The notes: generated by a model from the sequence alone, not told the origin. Counted from the stretch's first letter, positions 18,463 to 27,368 are shown. The stretch: 38,377 nt of DNA from a virus (IMGVR_UViG_2531839475_000013), one strand, 5' to 3'. Numbers and translations are program-made.

Positions 18463-19070
18463 CAGGACAACCTCGCAATGGTAAACTCGTCAACCGGTGG
18501 CTGTGGTTCCTGTGATTCATTCTGGCTATGCGAGCCAGCACTAAGAATCACGCGATTGTACATATTGAGGGCAAACGTACCGAGGTCTGCATTCCCAGTC
18601 AGTGCCATGTTAATAGCTGCCGCAAGACGCCAGGCCAACGCCTCCATAAAAATGGCATCAAACATGTTCACATCTGAAACGCGAGAGACATACTTGAGCC
18701 ATGCCTGCGGCTGGTCTGTGTAGATCAACTTTCCTGTTCCGTTGGTGTCTGCACCAACTTCGTACTGAACGCGCATTGCTGCTGTTGGATTGCGTACACC
18801 AGGAAGCATAATTTCAGTAATGCGCAGACAATCGGACGGGTACTGGTACGCATATTCCCAGTCAGGCGGTGGATTGCTCGTATCTGCAAGCGCCACGCGT
18901 TTGGTAGCAAAGTTCCAGTCAAAATCAGAAAGAACAGCATCACGGCAGGCCTCAAAGTGCAGCGAACATTCACCCGCTTCCTTGCTGGCTTCCGTCAGGC
19001 TGTTAATACTGCGGCTGTTGCCAATATTGGACAGCGCACGATTACAGATCTCTACTACAGAGGCCATCAC
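18462..19070 (-). CDS. tail tubular (adaptor) protein A-like
   Basis: 202 aa, preceding the 823-aa tubular-B-like gene with start/stop overlap; T7 gp11-like size and position. Confidence 0.5.
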   Translation of the reverse strand: MMASVVEICNRALSNIGNSRSINSLTEASKEAGECSLHFEACRDAVLSDFDWNFATKRVALADTSNPPPDWEYAYQYPSDCLRITEIMLPGVRNPTAAMRVQYEVGADTNGTGKLIYTDQPQAWLKYVSRVSDVNMFDAIFMEALAWRLAAAINMALTGNADLGTFALNMYNRVILSAGSHSQNESQEPQPPVDEFTIARLS

Positions 19071-19396
19071 TCACCTCCGTTACCGTACAGAGTTTCAGCC
19101 GCTGATTTTTCTACATCCCTGGAAACAGGAGCGATCGCCATATCAGTGATCTGCAGATCGGCGCTGCGATTAACACCATCGTCAGTTTCTCTGGCAGACA
19201 GGCCTCGAATAACAGCCTTTGCAGTTATCATCACTTCTGTTCCGACGCCCTGAGGTTGCGCCTTCAGCTTATTCAATGTGTCGTTATTAAGAGTGATGCA
19301 CAGCCCCCACGGGTATTCATCGCGAGTTCTGGTTTCTCCGCTCTCATCCTGGTAGCTGTCAGTGCCGGTTTTGAGGTTTACGAGTTCCATATACAC
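19067..19396 (-). CDS. small virion protein (possible head-tail adaptor)
   Basis: 109-aa ORF (start possibly the second Met); between head genes and tubular proteins. Confidence 0.4.
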   Translation of the reverse strand: MYMELVNLKTGTDSYQDESGETRTRDEYPWGLCITLNNDTLNKLKAQPQGVGTEVMITAKAVIRGLSARETDDGVNRSADLQITDMAIAPVSRDVEKSAAETLYGNGGE

Positions 19397-19406
19397 TCCT
19401 GCAATA

Positions 19407-19424
19407 AAGGGGCCGAAGCCCCTT
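19407..19424 (-). terminator. stem-loop (AAGGGGC-CGAA-GCCCCTT) with partial U-tract on the minus strand
   Basis: 7-bp GC-rich stem with GNRA-like loop just after the 114-aa head gene; on the minus strand it is followed by TTTATTGC. Likely a partial terminator. Confidence 0.45.
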
Positions 19425-19440
19425 GTCGGATTCGCGAGGC

Positions 19441-19785
19441 TTACACGCCCAGTTCTTTACGCTTATCTGCGATCTTCTCGCGGAGCGTTTCGGCTTTAGC
19501 GTTATGGTGTGGCTTCTCGTTAAAGAGCAATTCGTACTCTTCACGGAGCTTATCCAGTTCACCATCATCTGACACATCGTTGATGATTTTGGTGCTGGTT
19601 GCTGCCATAGACACCTTTCCTGCTACCTTTGCTTTTGCCTGTCTGGCTGCATCGTTAACAGGTTCCAGTGCGCTACCAGGCTCACCTTCGTATTCGATTT
19701 CTGCCCCCTCCGGCCACAGTGTGTTATGGATATGAGAGAGGCGCAGAACGCGGTATCTTGGTTTCTCACCTGACATCGATATCAC
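19441..19785 (-). CDS. small head-associated protein
   Basis: 114 aa, charged/helical; in the head module after the capsid gene. Confidence 0.4.
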   Translation of the reverse strand: MISMSGEKPRYRVLRLSHIHNTLWPEGAEIEYEGEPGSALEPVNDAARQAKAKVAGKVSMAATSTKIINDVSDDGELDKLREEYELLFNEKPHHNAKAETLREKIADKRKELGV

Positions 19786-19786
19786 C

Positions 19787-20224
19787 TTAACCAGTTACTT
19801 TTGAGCGGATCGGGTACGGCGTATTGGCATCAACATCCAGACTGATACCCGCAGTGAATTTGCCGGCCGTTAGTGGGCCAGTTGCGACGGAGTAGTTAAC
19901 ACGCAGATATCGCTGAACACCGGCTGGCACCTTTGCAGAAACAACTCGCTTACCTGCTGTCAGGGTGGCCTTTGCCAACGCACCACTATCATAAATAGTG
20001 GTCCAAGAGCTGTTATTCTCACTCGTCTGCAACTGGATGTTTACAGTTGCCTCACCACTTGCCGTGGCGGCTTCGTTAACCAGCCCCCAAAACTCAAGCG
20101 GGTAACCCACACCGATATCGCGACGGTTTCCATCAATTGGACCGAGATCGATTACGTCAGTAGAAGCCGCGGTATTCGTAACCGCCTGAGCTTCGGAGAA
20201 CATCAACAGTTTGTCGGTGATCAT
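19787..20224 (-). CDS. putative capsid decoration / minor capsid protein
   Basis: 145 aa, Thr/Ser/Ala-rich, immediately downstream of the major capsid gene. Confidence 0.4.
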   Translation of the reverse strand: MITDKLLMFSEAQAVTNTAASTDVIDLGPIDGNRRDIGVGYPLEFWGLVNEAATASGEATVNIQLQTSENNSSWTTIYDSGALAKATLTAGKRVVSAKVPAGVQRYLRVNYSVATGPLTAGKFTAGISLDVDANTPYPIRSKVTG

Positions 20225-20239
20225 CTTCTTTCTCCATTA

Positions 20240-20259
20240 GTGGGTCTGTTACGACCCAC
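20240..20259 (-). other. RNA stem-loop (GTGGGTC-N6-GACCCAC) after the major capsid gene
   Basis: Perfect 7-bp inverted repeat in the gap after the capsid gene; no U-tract, so probably a stabiliser or processing site rather than a terminator. Confidence 0.4.
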
Positions 20260-20275
20260 AGGTTAATAACAGGCG

Positions 20276-21268
20276 TTACACCACGCGGGCTTCTGTTTCC
20301 AGAAGCGCATCAGTTTCACGGATTGGTACACCACGGAATGAAGTCCACCACTCGCCTTCTGTCTCTTTTACGCTGATAGCCAGAGATGTTTTCTCCAGAG
20401 ACTGCAGATCAAGAGCCTGGCCTACAGTGCGGTTCATGTAGAACACCGGGCGGCCCATGCCACGGTTTGGAATGCGATGTAGTGCTTTAACCATCAACTT
20501 CGCAATATTTGCGGCAGAGGATGGTTCTGAAAGATTGCTGACATCGATGTTTGCAATGCGAACAACATAACGCCAGTCACGCAGAGCAAGTCCGTTATCC
20601 CATTTGTAATGGGTGCGATAGCCTTCGTACTTGCCGCCATTAGCATCTTCCAGTGTCACCTGGCCTTTATCTTCCATCTGGATGCCAGCCTTCTGCCCTT
20701 TCGGGAAGATGCCATGCACGGTGTTTTCGCCCCACACCACTAACCAGATTGAGGTGTTATCTGTACCCGTGCCACCAGCATCAATGATGTTCTGAGCATT
20801 ACCCGCAGACAGGCTGGAATAGCGGGAGGACAGTCCCATAAACTGCTGAGGGTTAACGCTGGAATCACCATAAAACAGCGTCTGCGCCATCTGCTGATTC
20901 ATCGCTTCAATAAATGCGCGGTCTTCAGACAGGCGGAATTCGGCGGTATTGCCGTTCAGATCAGCCAGTGACTTATCGACTTCCGCATAGGTTTCCAGCA
21001 TGCCAACGGAATCGGTTACCTGCACTGTGGTTGATTTGCTTGGCTGTACGCCATAGTTCAGCAAACGCCAGGTAGCTGAAGGTAAACCAGAACGAATGGT
21101 GGTTCGGTGTCCGGTAGGAAGGTTCCCTTCGACAAAAGGCATATCCTGAAGGATCGGGTTAGTTTGACCGAGAAGCTCGATAATCTTATCGACTTTCCCG
21201 TTTGGATCGACGCGCTTACCCCAGTCAGCCAGCGTTAGCGCAGTTAAGCCTTTAACAGCCATTGTCAT
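20276..21268 (-). CDS. major capsid protein
   Basis: 330 aa, immediately after the scaffold-like gene; size and position as in T7-supergroup podophages. Confidence 0.8.
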   Translation of the reverse strand: MTMAVKGLTALTLADWGKRVDPNGKVDKIIELLGQTNPILQDMPFVEGNLPTGHRTTIRSGLPSATWRLLNYGVQPSKSTTVQVTDSVGMLETYAEVDKSLADLNGNTAEFRLSEDRAFIEAMNQQMAQTLFYGDSSVNPQQFMGLSSRYSSLSAGNAQNIIDAGGTGTDNTSIWLVVWGENTVHGIFPKGQKAGIQMEDKGQVTLEDANGGKYEGYRTHYKWDNGLALRDWRYVVRIANIDVSNLSEPSSAANIAKLMVKALHRIPNRGMGRPVFYMNRTVGQALDLQSLEKTSLAISVKETEGEWWTSFRGVPIRETDALLETEARVV

Positions 21269-21276
21269 TTCCTCTC

Positions 21277-21978
21277 TTATTTGCCATAGAGCACTTCGGC
21301 CGCACTACGCTGGCCTTCATTACCACCGGTGACCATGCCATCTTCAGACATCGCCTTTCCGATTTTCACGAACGTTTTGACCAGATCAGGGTGATTACCC
21401 AGTCCGGTGGTGTTCAGATATTCTTTGAGTTCAGGTGTCCCGAACTGGTCAAGCGCACGCTGTGCGGCGCTGAGGTTAGAAATTAACTTGTCGCCACCGA
21501 TTTCTTTGTCAGCTTTTACATCCGCAGCCCACTGCTCGGTTGTTTTCTGCCAGGCTTCTGCCTGGCGCTGCTGAACACCTGCCAGAATCTTCGGATAAGC
21601 ATCAACCAGCTTTTGCGCTTGCTCGTTGGTCAGGTTAAGTTCTCGCGCCACCGGCTCGAATTCCTTCAACGCTTCTGTATCCAGCTCTACGCCTTCGGCA
21701 GCCTGAAACTCGTACTTCTCAGGCGCACCCTCTGGTTTATCGCCGTCCTTTTTTTCATCCTGCTTATCGTTTTCAGGCTTTTTGTCAGCAGCAGGTTTAT
21801 CGCCATCAGCAACAGGTTGTGGCTTATCACCTTCCTGTTGTGATGGATCACCAACTGGAGCAGGGTTATCACCTGCAGGCGCTGACGGTTCTGACGCTGC
21901 CGGAGCTGCTCCACCATCGACTGGTTGCTCATTGCAAAGACGGCGATACAGCAAACGCTCAAATAAATTCATGATCAC
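21277..21978 (-). CDS. scaffolding protein
   Basis: 233 aa, acidic, low-complexity N-terminus with repeated GDKP motifs then helical C-terminus; between portal and capsid. Confidence 0.55.
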   Translation of the reverse strand: MIMNLFERLLYRRLCNEQPVDGGAAPAASEPSAPAGDNPAPVGDPSQQEGDKPQPVADGDKPAADKKPENDKQDEKKDGDKPEGAPEKYEFQAAEGVELDTEALKEFEPVARELNLTNEQAQKLVDAYPKILAGVQQRQAEAWQKTTEQWAADVKADKEIGGDKLISNLSAAQRALDQFGTPELKEYLNTTGLGNHPDLVKTFVKIGKAMSEDGMVTGGNEGQRSAAEVLYGK

Positions 21979-22271
21979 TCCTGTTCACTGGCCTCTTTGG
22001 CCATCTTCAAATACTGTTCAGGGCAATGCGCCATAACGCGCTGAAACAGTTCCAGCGCCAGATTGCGTTGCCCCTCATTAAATGCCATTGCCATAGCGTC
22101 CATCGGTGAGATAGCGGAAAACACACGGCCTTTCTCCAGCACCGACCAGACAACGCGACGCCCCTGTTCACTGCTCATGACAAAGCGAATGTCATCAATT
22201 TCACGCTGCGCCATGTCACGTTGCTTACGGGCGTTTTCTTCTTCCAGTTGATCTTCTTCGTAATCTGTCAT
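21975..22271 (-). CDS. small acidic head-morphogenesis protein (hypothetical)
   Basis: 98 aa, overlaps portal stop and scaffold start. Confidence 0.4.
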   Translation of the reverse strand: MTDYEEDQLEEENARKQRDMAQREIDDIRFVMSSEQGRRVVWSVLEKGRVFSAISPMDAMAMAFNEGQRNLALELFQRVMAHCPEQYLKMAKEASEQE

Positions 22272-23947
22272 TGTGATTGCCCACCCTGACCACTAACTGC
22301 ATTCGCCATAGCTGACAACACACTCGGATCCGAAGTTTTAGCTTCGCTTAGCGTCTTGGCCCCCTGTGCCGCCGCCATCCCCATCGCCATCATTTGTTGC
22401 TGCTGTTGTTGCTGTGCCCGTTGCTGGCGGGCCTGCTCAACCTGTTCCTGCGGAACAATGACGGTTGGAGACACTCCGGACATATCAGCGAATGCATCGA
22501 TCGCCTGATCAACGTTGAGTTTGTCGAGAGCTTCTGGTTTCGCTTGCGCAAGTTGACCAATGAAGTTAACCGTGGACGCCAGACTGGACAGGCCGATAGA
22601 CTTCTGCGCCTGAGCCATGACGGAAATGTATTCGACCTTCAGGGGCATGCCTTCCATCGCGTCAGGCGGTGGCGGCAGCATGTTTTTACGCACCATCATC
22701 GAGAAAGCGCGGTCAATGAGAGGATTAAGACATTCGTCGTTCAGACGCTCCAGAACCGGCCCCAACATCAGAAGTTTTTCTTCTTTCATTTCGATCACCG
22801 CTTCAACAGGCATCGAGCGGGTATTGATGTTCTGCAACATCATGAACAGATCGACAAAGTAGGCGCTGTTAATGATTTGACGAGTGTCCTGAATGTCTGC
22901 CACCAAATCTGCTGTACTGGGGTTAACCAGATAAGCAGGCCTGAAACCATCCTGACCAGTAATCTGATCGATATACGTGATGTCGCCAGGAAGAAGGGAG
23001 GCGCGCTGATTCTTGAGGGAAGTCGGAGCAACCATCGGCGGATTGGTGGCTTTATCAATCAACTGCGACTTGCGCTTCTGGAGAAGCTGCAATGCCTTAA
23101 CAGGTCCAAGCGCCAGCATACCCGGGCATGATGATCCATAAACATCTTCGCCATTAACTTCCCAGCGCGGAGCCATAATTGGAAACTCATCAAATCCGGA
23201 CTCACGCAACAACTTGTCGTTATCGCCACCAACCTCGTAATAAACCGATTTGAATGGCTTGTTCTTGCTATCCAGCTTCGATGTATCGCGGTCAATGTTC
23301 GGGTAAACCGAATGCATCACTTCAATCCACTTCTCGTAGGTGCCGCTTTCCCACATGCTTTTTACGGATTCGCTGACGTTATTTAGCCCGAACTCCTGAA
23401 CAAGCTGACGAACAGTCATAGAGAACTTGCGAAAACAGGTGTCCACACTGCCACGAGGTGAGTTAGCCAGGTAGTAACTGCCTATCGGGAATGGCATTGT
23501 GCGAATGATGTCCTCGTCATCCTCCAGCACCGCCATTGCACCAGTGCTGTATGTGCCGAGGCTTCCGTATAACTGCGGAAGAGACTGATAGAGATTCGAC
23601 TTATTGAACATATCGTTCATGCGGTTCTGCACCGCCTCAAGCCACAACTTAACAGGGCCATAATCCATCATTTCAGGATCTGGCGTAGCCAGGCGAAACC
23701 ACGGACGCGCGGGGCTTGTGATGCCTGACATCATGCCGCTGGCGAGAGTGCGCGCCGCCATAGTCCCGGTCGAATCAATAATGCGTGTATTGCGTCGGTC
23801 GTTACGGTTGACCTCAGAAGTCAGAAAGCGGGAACCACGCGGGTTGATGTAATCACTCAACTCGCGCCAGTGCGGCTCGAACGATTGACGCTCGCTTTCA
23901 AGTTGTGCGAACTGTTTGTTCAATCGCTCTTTAGTTGTTTCCGCCAT
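22268..23947 (-). CDS. portal (head-to-tail connector) protein
   Basis: 559 aa, first large gene after the terminase; Gln-rich C-terminal tail (QQRAQQQQQQQ). Confidence 0.8.
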   Translation of the reverse strand: MAETTKERLNKQFAQLESERQSFEPHWRELSDYINPRGSRFLTSEVNRNDRRNTRIIDSTGTMAARTLASGMMSGITSPARPWFRLATPDPEMMDYGPVKLWLEAVQNRMNDMFNKSNLYQSLPQLYGSLGTYSTGAMAVLEDDEDIIRTMPFPIGSYYLANSPRGSVDTCFRKFSMTVRQLVQEFGLNNVSESVKSMWESGTYEKWIEVMHSVYPNIDRDTSKLDSKNKPFKSVYYEVGGDNDKLLRESGFDEFPIMAPRWEVNGEDVYGSSCPGMLALGPVKALQLLQKRKSQLIDKATNPPMVAPTSLKNQRASLLPGDITYIDQITGQDGFRPAYLVNPSTADLVADIQDTRQIINSAYFVDLFMMLQNINTRSMPVEAVIEMKEEKLLMLGPVLERLNDECLNPLIDRAFSMMVRKNMLPPPPDAMEGMPLKVEYISVMAQAQKSIGLSSLASTVNFIGQLAQAKPEALDKLNVDQAIDAFADMSGVSPTVIVPQEQVEQARQQRAQQQQQQQMMAMGMAAAQGAKTLSEAKTSDPSVLSAMANAVSGQGGQSQ

Positions 23948-23961
23948 TTCAATGACTCCGG

Positions 23962-24168
23962 TTACTGACCAAGCAGCGTTTTACCGCTGGTATTAGCGGT
24001 TGATGTGTCGCCCTGAGAACCGGTAAGCAGCGTAGAACTACGACCAGCAGCAGCGCGACGGCGACGTGTTTCTTCGTCGCGGGCATCAACAACGGCGGCA
24101 TCCTGCTCCTGTGGTGCTGCCTGAACTTCTGGTGTTGCAGGCACTGATGGTGAGCTACCCATGCACAT
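23962..24168 (-). CDS. small Ser/Thr/Ala-rich protein upstream of portal (hypothetical)
   Basis: 68 aa with a GGAG RBS at correct spacing; ends 15 nt before the portal start; low-complexity, so coding status is uncertain. Confidence 0.3.
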   Translation of the reverse strand: MCMGSSPSVPATPEVQAAPQEQDAAVVDARDEETRRRRAAAGRSSTLLTGSQGDTSTANTSGKTLLGQ

Positions 24169-24236
24169 ATCAATGACTCCGTACGCAATTAAATTATTAC
24201 CAATTTAACCACATATGATTTATTTATCGTAGATAG

Positions 24237-24273
24237 TTGACATTTAACGCACAAATTATTACCTTTCAGGTAA
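24237..24273 (+). promoter_or_regulatory. promoter (-35 TTGACA at 24237..24242) with operator TTACCTTTCAGGTAA (24259..24273)
   Basis: Consensus -35 hexamer; perfect TTACC-N5-GGTAA over the -10/+1 region; module resembles 4530..4605 and 30185..30275. Confidence 0.5.
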
Positions 24274-24594
24274 CCAAAGAGTTCATTCCGGTTACTAACC
24301 TGACTGGCTTGTCGTTAAATTGAACAGGTGGAGTGAGCTTTTATTTTGAGCAGTACGGCGTATGGCACATGCGCCGATAGCGGTCTGGATACGTTTAAGG
24401 GGCACCCTCCCTTGCTCGGGCAAACGAACCAGGTAGCCGGAATGTGCAAGTCGAGCGGTTTTATTCCGCGCACGGGGATTCACCATCCCGGCGATTCGGG
24501 TGACGCCTCGGAAGAGACGAGGGTACAACGATGAGAGCATTTATGGAGCCGCGACAAAGTGTGGCGCCTTAACAGGCTAAGTGCTCTCAGCGTT

Positions 24595-24671
24595 GTGGCA
24601 TTAGCTCAGCTGGACAGAGCAACCGCCTTCTAAGCGGTTGGTCGCAGGTTCGAATCCTGCATGCCACGCCA
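24595..24671 (+). tRNA. tRNA-Arg (anticodon UCU)
   Basis: Hand-folded cloverleaf: acceptor GTGGCAT/ATGCCAC, D-arm GCTC-AGCTGGACA-GAGC, anticodon stem ACCGC/GCGGT with loop CTTCTAA (anticodon TCT), T-arm GCAGG-TTCGAAT-CCTGC, discriminator G, encoded CCA. Confidence 0.9.
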
Positions 24672-24714
24672 GAATCACGCCTAAGGACCGTGATGCCAGA
24701 AGTTCCAGGTGCTT

Positions 24715-24757
24715 GGCGGTGATGGTTTCCCTTGAAGGACTATCACCGCCCTTTTTA
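24715..24757 (+). terminator. intrinsic terminator after the tRNA (9-bp stem GGCGGTGAT/ATCACCGCC, then CTTTTTA)
   Basis: Perfect 9-bp stem with 18-nt loop followed by a T-run. Confidence 0.6.
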
Positions 24758-24835
24758 CAGCAGGACGCCATTGCGATGACTTCATGCTGTAAACCCGTAC
24801 AGCAACGGAAGGCATAACTCATTGCTTCCAGTTCG

Positions 24836-24858
24836 CCCGGTTCGCCGGGCATTTTTTT
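24836..24858 (+). terminator. second terminator/attenuator (CCCGG-TTCG-CCGGG then T7) abutting the RBS of the next gene
   Basis: GC stem with tetraloop followed by CATTTTTTT; the AAGGTGA RBS of the DUF2829-like gene follows directly. Confidence 0.55.
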
Positions 24859-24869
24859 AAGGTGAGATT

Positions 24870-25166
24870 ATGAGCGAAACATCAACAGTATCTTTCTCCA
24901 CTGCTTTGTCATCACTCAAAGATGGTAAGCGCATTGCACGTGCCGGATGGAATGGCAAAGGCATGTATCTGCAACTGGTTAAGCCACCGCAATCGGCCAC
25001 TCCGAACGATTGGCGATTTGACGTTACATGCGGTGACGAGTATACATTTGTACCTGGCGTTAAACTTCTACCGTGGATTGGGATGAAAACTGCTGACGGT
25101 TGCTTTGTACCGTGGCTGGCATCTCAAACCGATCTGCTATCTGATGATTGGATTGTAATTCAATAA
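24870..25166 (+). CDS. DUF2829-like small protein (Tad2-like candidate anti-defence sponge)
   Basis: 98 aa; N-terminal ALSSLKDGKRIARAGWNGKGMYLQLV and C-terminal ASQTDLLSDDWIVIQ match my recollection of the DUF2829 signature; RBS AAGGTGA. Not verified by HMM. Confidence 0.5.
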   Translation: MSETSTVSFSTALSSLKDGKRIARAGWNGKGMYLQLVKPPQSATPNDWRFDVTCGDEYTFVPGVKLLPWIGMKTADGCFVPWLASQTDLLSDDWIVIQ

Positions 25167-25170
25167 CACC

Positions 25171-25182
25171 GTGACATGTCAC
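25171..25182. repeat. perfect 12-bp palindrome GTGACATGTCAC (copy 2 of 3)
   Basis: Starts 5 nt after the stop of the DUF2829-like gene and 4 nt before the terminator hairpin. Confidence 0.8.
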
Positions 25183-25186
25183 AAAC

Positions 25187-25214
25187 AGCCAGCCTATGAG
25201 CTGGCTTTGTTTTA
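25187..25214 (+). terminator. intrinsic terminator (AGCCAGC-CTATGA-GCTGGCT then TTGTTTTA)
   Basis: 7-bp stem, 6-nt loop, T-rich tail; ends the plus-strand tRNA/DUF2829 unit just before the convergent TerL stop. Confidence 0.6.
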
Positions 25215-25256
25215 TCCTCACCAGAGGATATCAACGACATTATCCCCACCAGCGGA

Positions 25257-26732
25257 TTAAGCATAGGGATCGTAATCTGTGATGGCCTTGCCTTGCTGGT
25301 TCTGCTGACCGGGAATTCGCAGACGCTTCGACACAGGGAACGCAAACGTCAGCAGTAGCGCATCGCCTTTACCAGGAGAACGCCCAAGTCGTTCTTTGAT
25401 ATCTTCCTTCGGTTCGATAACGATTTTACCGTCCACTCGAACTTTGTACTCTGCCGCCGACAGATCGTCCGCTGTTTCCTGGTCATCCAGCATGCCGCCG
25501 AGCCTCAGCCATGTCTTGCATGAGTTGAACATCTCCCCACGCTTGTTGAGCATCTGCGGGTCAGTAGACGCGCCACCGAACGGAACAAGTTGCCATGTAC
25601 GACCCCAGCCGTCACCGATTGACTTCAGACCAGTTCCGTAACCGAAGTCGATGAACACTGCGTCAGCCTGATACTGGTCTTCAAAGTCAGCGATACGCTT
25701 CGCCATAATCAGATCGTCGGTAGTCTTGTTGCCAGTCCACAGCACCTTACTGTGTAGCCCCTGCCGCAGGTATATCACCGCGTCATCAACGCCTGAATAT
25801 GCCGGGTCAACACCGATTATCACCGGAGCATGCGCCACCTGCGCAGCAGTTACCACCCGTTTCATTGCCTCGTCAGTAAGGCCGGTAGGGATAAACTGCA
25901 ATTCAGATGCATCAGGGAATATGCCGCGCACACGGATTTTAACGAAGTCGCTGTCTTCCCCGTAGTCATCAACCCATTTCTGCAACTGCTGTTTGTTAGT
26001 GCCTTCCACCGTTCGGCTGTCAATCTGCGCAGTTTTCCAGCGGTGTTTATATTTGCGGAAACATTCGCGAAAACGCCCGGTATTACGCGTCGGGTTTCCG
26101 AACGCCACCCAGATAATCTCAGTGTCTTCGTCCGTAAGCGCACCCTCAGCAACTTCCCACACCAGATCCGCAATGTTCGACGCTTCATCGAATACCAAGA
26201 TGATGCGTTTGCGCTCATTGTGTAATCCGGCGAATGCCTCAGTGTTGTGCTCAGACCAGGGGATTGCGTCAGCTCGCCACCGCTTGTCGTGCCCAGGGTC
26301 ATTGCCGTACATCGCGGTAGCGGTGCAGGTGAACCAGTCTTTCGTGATAGCAAGGTTCGACCACTTGATAATTTCAGGCCAGGTCTTCGTTCGTAGCTGG
26401 TTGTCGGTGTTGGCGGTCACCACGACCTTACAATCCTCGCAAGTGGACATGCCCCAGTTGATCAGCATTGAGATGAATGCGGATTTACCAATACCGTGAC
26501 CAGAAGCACGTGCCAGCATAAGCGGCTGATATCGCGTCTCTGGATTCTGCAGGTGATCACGTATCTCTCGGAACGCATCGGCCTGCCACTGACGTGGGCC
26601 GGTGGCATGTGCCAGTTCAGTACCCTCTTCCCCCCACGGGAAAGCATAGAGGGCATAGCCAAGCGGATCGTGAGTGAACCCTGCAATATCCTCGATCAAC
26701 TGCTCTTCAGGAGATAACGCTGTATCTTTCAC
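25257..26732 (-). CDS. terminase large subunit
   Basis: 491 aa; Walker A-like ARASGHGIGKS near the N-terminus, acidic nuclease-type C-terminal half; 4-nt overlap with TerS. Confidence 0.85.
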   Translation of the reverse strand: MKDTALSPEEQLIEDIAGFTHDPLGYALYAFPWGEEGTELAHATGPRQWQADAFREIRDHLQNPETRYQPLMLARASGHGIGKSAFISMLINWGMSTCEDCKVVVTANTDNQLRTKTWPEIIKWSNLAITKDWFTCTATAMYGNDPGHDKRWRADAIPWSEHNTEAFAGLHNERKRIILVFDEASNIADLVWEVAEGALTDEDTEIIWVAFGNPTRNTGRFRECFRKYKHRWKTAQIDSRTVEGTNKQQLQKWVDDYGEDSDFVKIRVRGIFPDASELQFIPTGLTDEAMKRVVTAAQVAHAPVIIGVDPAYSGVDDAVIYLRQGLHSKVLWTGNKTTDDLIMAKRIADFEDQYQADAVFIDFGYGTGLKSIGDGWGRTWQLVPFGGASTDPQMLNKRGEMFNSCKTWLRLGGMLDDQETADDLSAAEYKVRVDGKIVIEPKEDIKERLGRSPGKGDALLLTFAFPVSKRLRIPGQQNQQGKAITDYDPYA

Positions 26733-27325
26733 TGATTACCATCCTGACGTTCTTTGAGTCGCTTCCTGGCTGCTGCTATGCGATCAGCAATTGTCACATT
26801 CACATTAACATCCAGACGTTCTTTGAACGCGTTGACATCAACATGCTTACCAATCAGCTCAAGGTTCTTCACCTTGTCAGGCCATTTAATTTTTTTGAGG
26901 ATTGTCTCTATCGAATCCTCATTCATGTTCATGATGGTCGATGACAGATCAAAGCCGCTAAGCGTAGTGCGCCAGATTTTCGGCCACTCGCGAATTGGCT
27001 TAAGGCTTCCATCGTCGTTGAGGATATCAATCACGTCCATCTGGTCGATCTCCACCAGGCGCATGAGAACGTAATCAGCACTGACGCGCATTCGTTTGTT
27101 GCGCTCCTCCATCAACTCGGCAATCCGTTTTTGAATGCGTTCATCGCGCATCATTACACTGGCTTTAACTGCCGCTGTATTTGGGGAGAATCCTGCGTTA
27201 ATCGCTGCCTGAGTCTGGTTTTCAGGCGTTTTGATGTATGACTGGCAATAAGCCTCCTGCATTGCTGTGAGCGGCTTAAATTGCGTTGATTTGCGTTTAT
27301 AGGTTTTAGGTTCAGCAGGCATCAT
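26729..27325 (-). CDS. terminase small subunit
   Basis: Start placed at the ATG doublet at 27325 (MMPAEPK...); region LTAMQEAYCQSYIKTPENQTQAAINAGFSPNTA matches the small-terminase HTH motif. The ORF-track start at 27403 is a TTG giving an implausible TITTTVTITT leader. Confidence 0.7.
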   Translation of the reverse strand: MMPAEPKTYKRKSTQFKPLTAMQEAYCQSYIKTPENQTQAAINAGFSPNTAAVKASVMMRDERIQKRIAELMEERNKRMRVSADYVLMRLVEIDQMDVIDILNDDGSLKPIREWPKIWRTTLSGFDLSSTIMNMNEDSIETILKKIKWPDKVKNLELIGKHVDVNAFKERLDVNVNVTIADRIAAARKRLKERQDGNQ

Positions 27326-27368
27326 AACCACCGTGGTAATAGTTACCGTTGTGGTAATAGTACCATGC

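Noticed and set aside
24295-24852. ORFs 24295..24540 (-), 24346..24534 (+) and 24601..24852 (-) in the tRNA region
   Set aside because: They overlap the tRNA-Arg gene, its leader and its terminators; the region is better explained as non-coding RNA and regulatory sequence.
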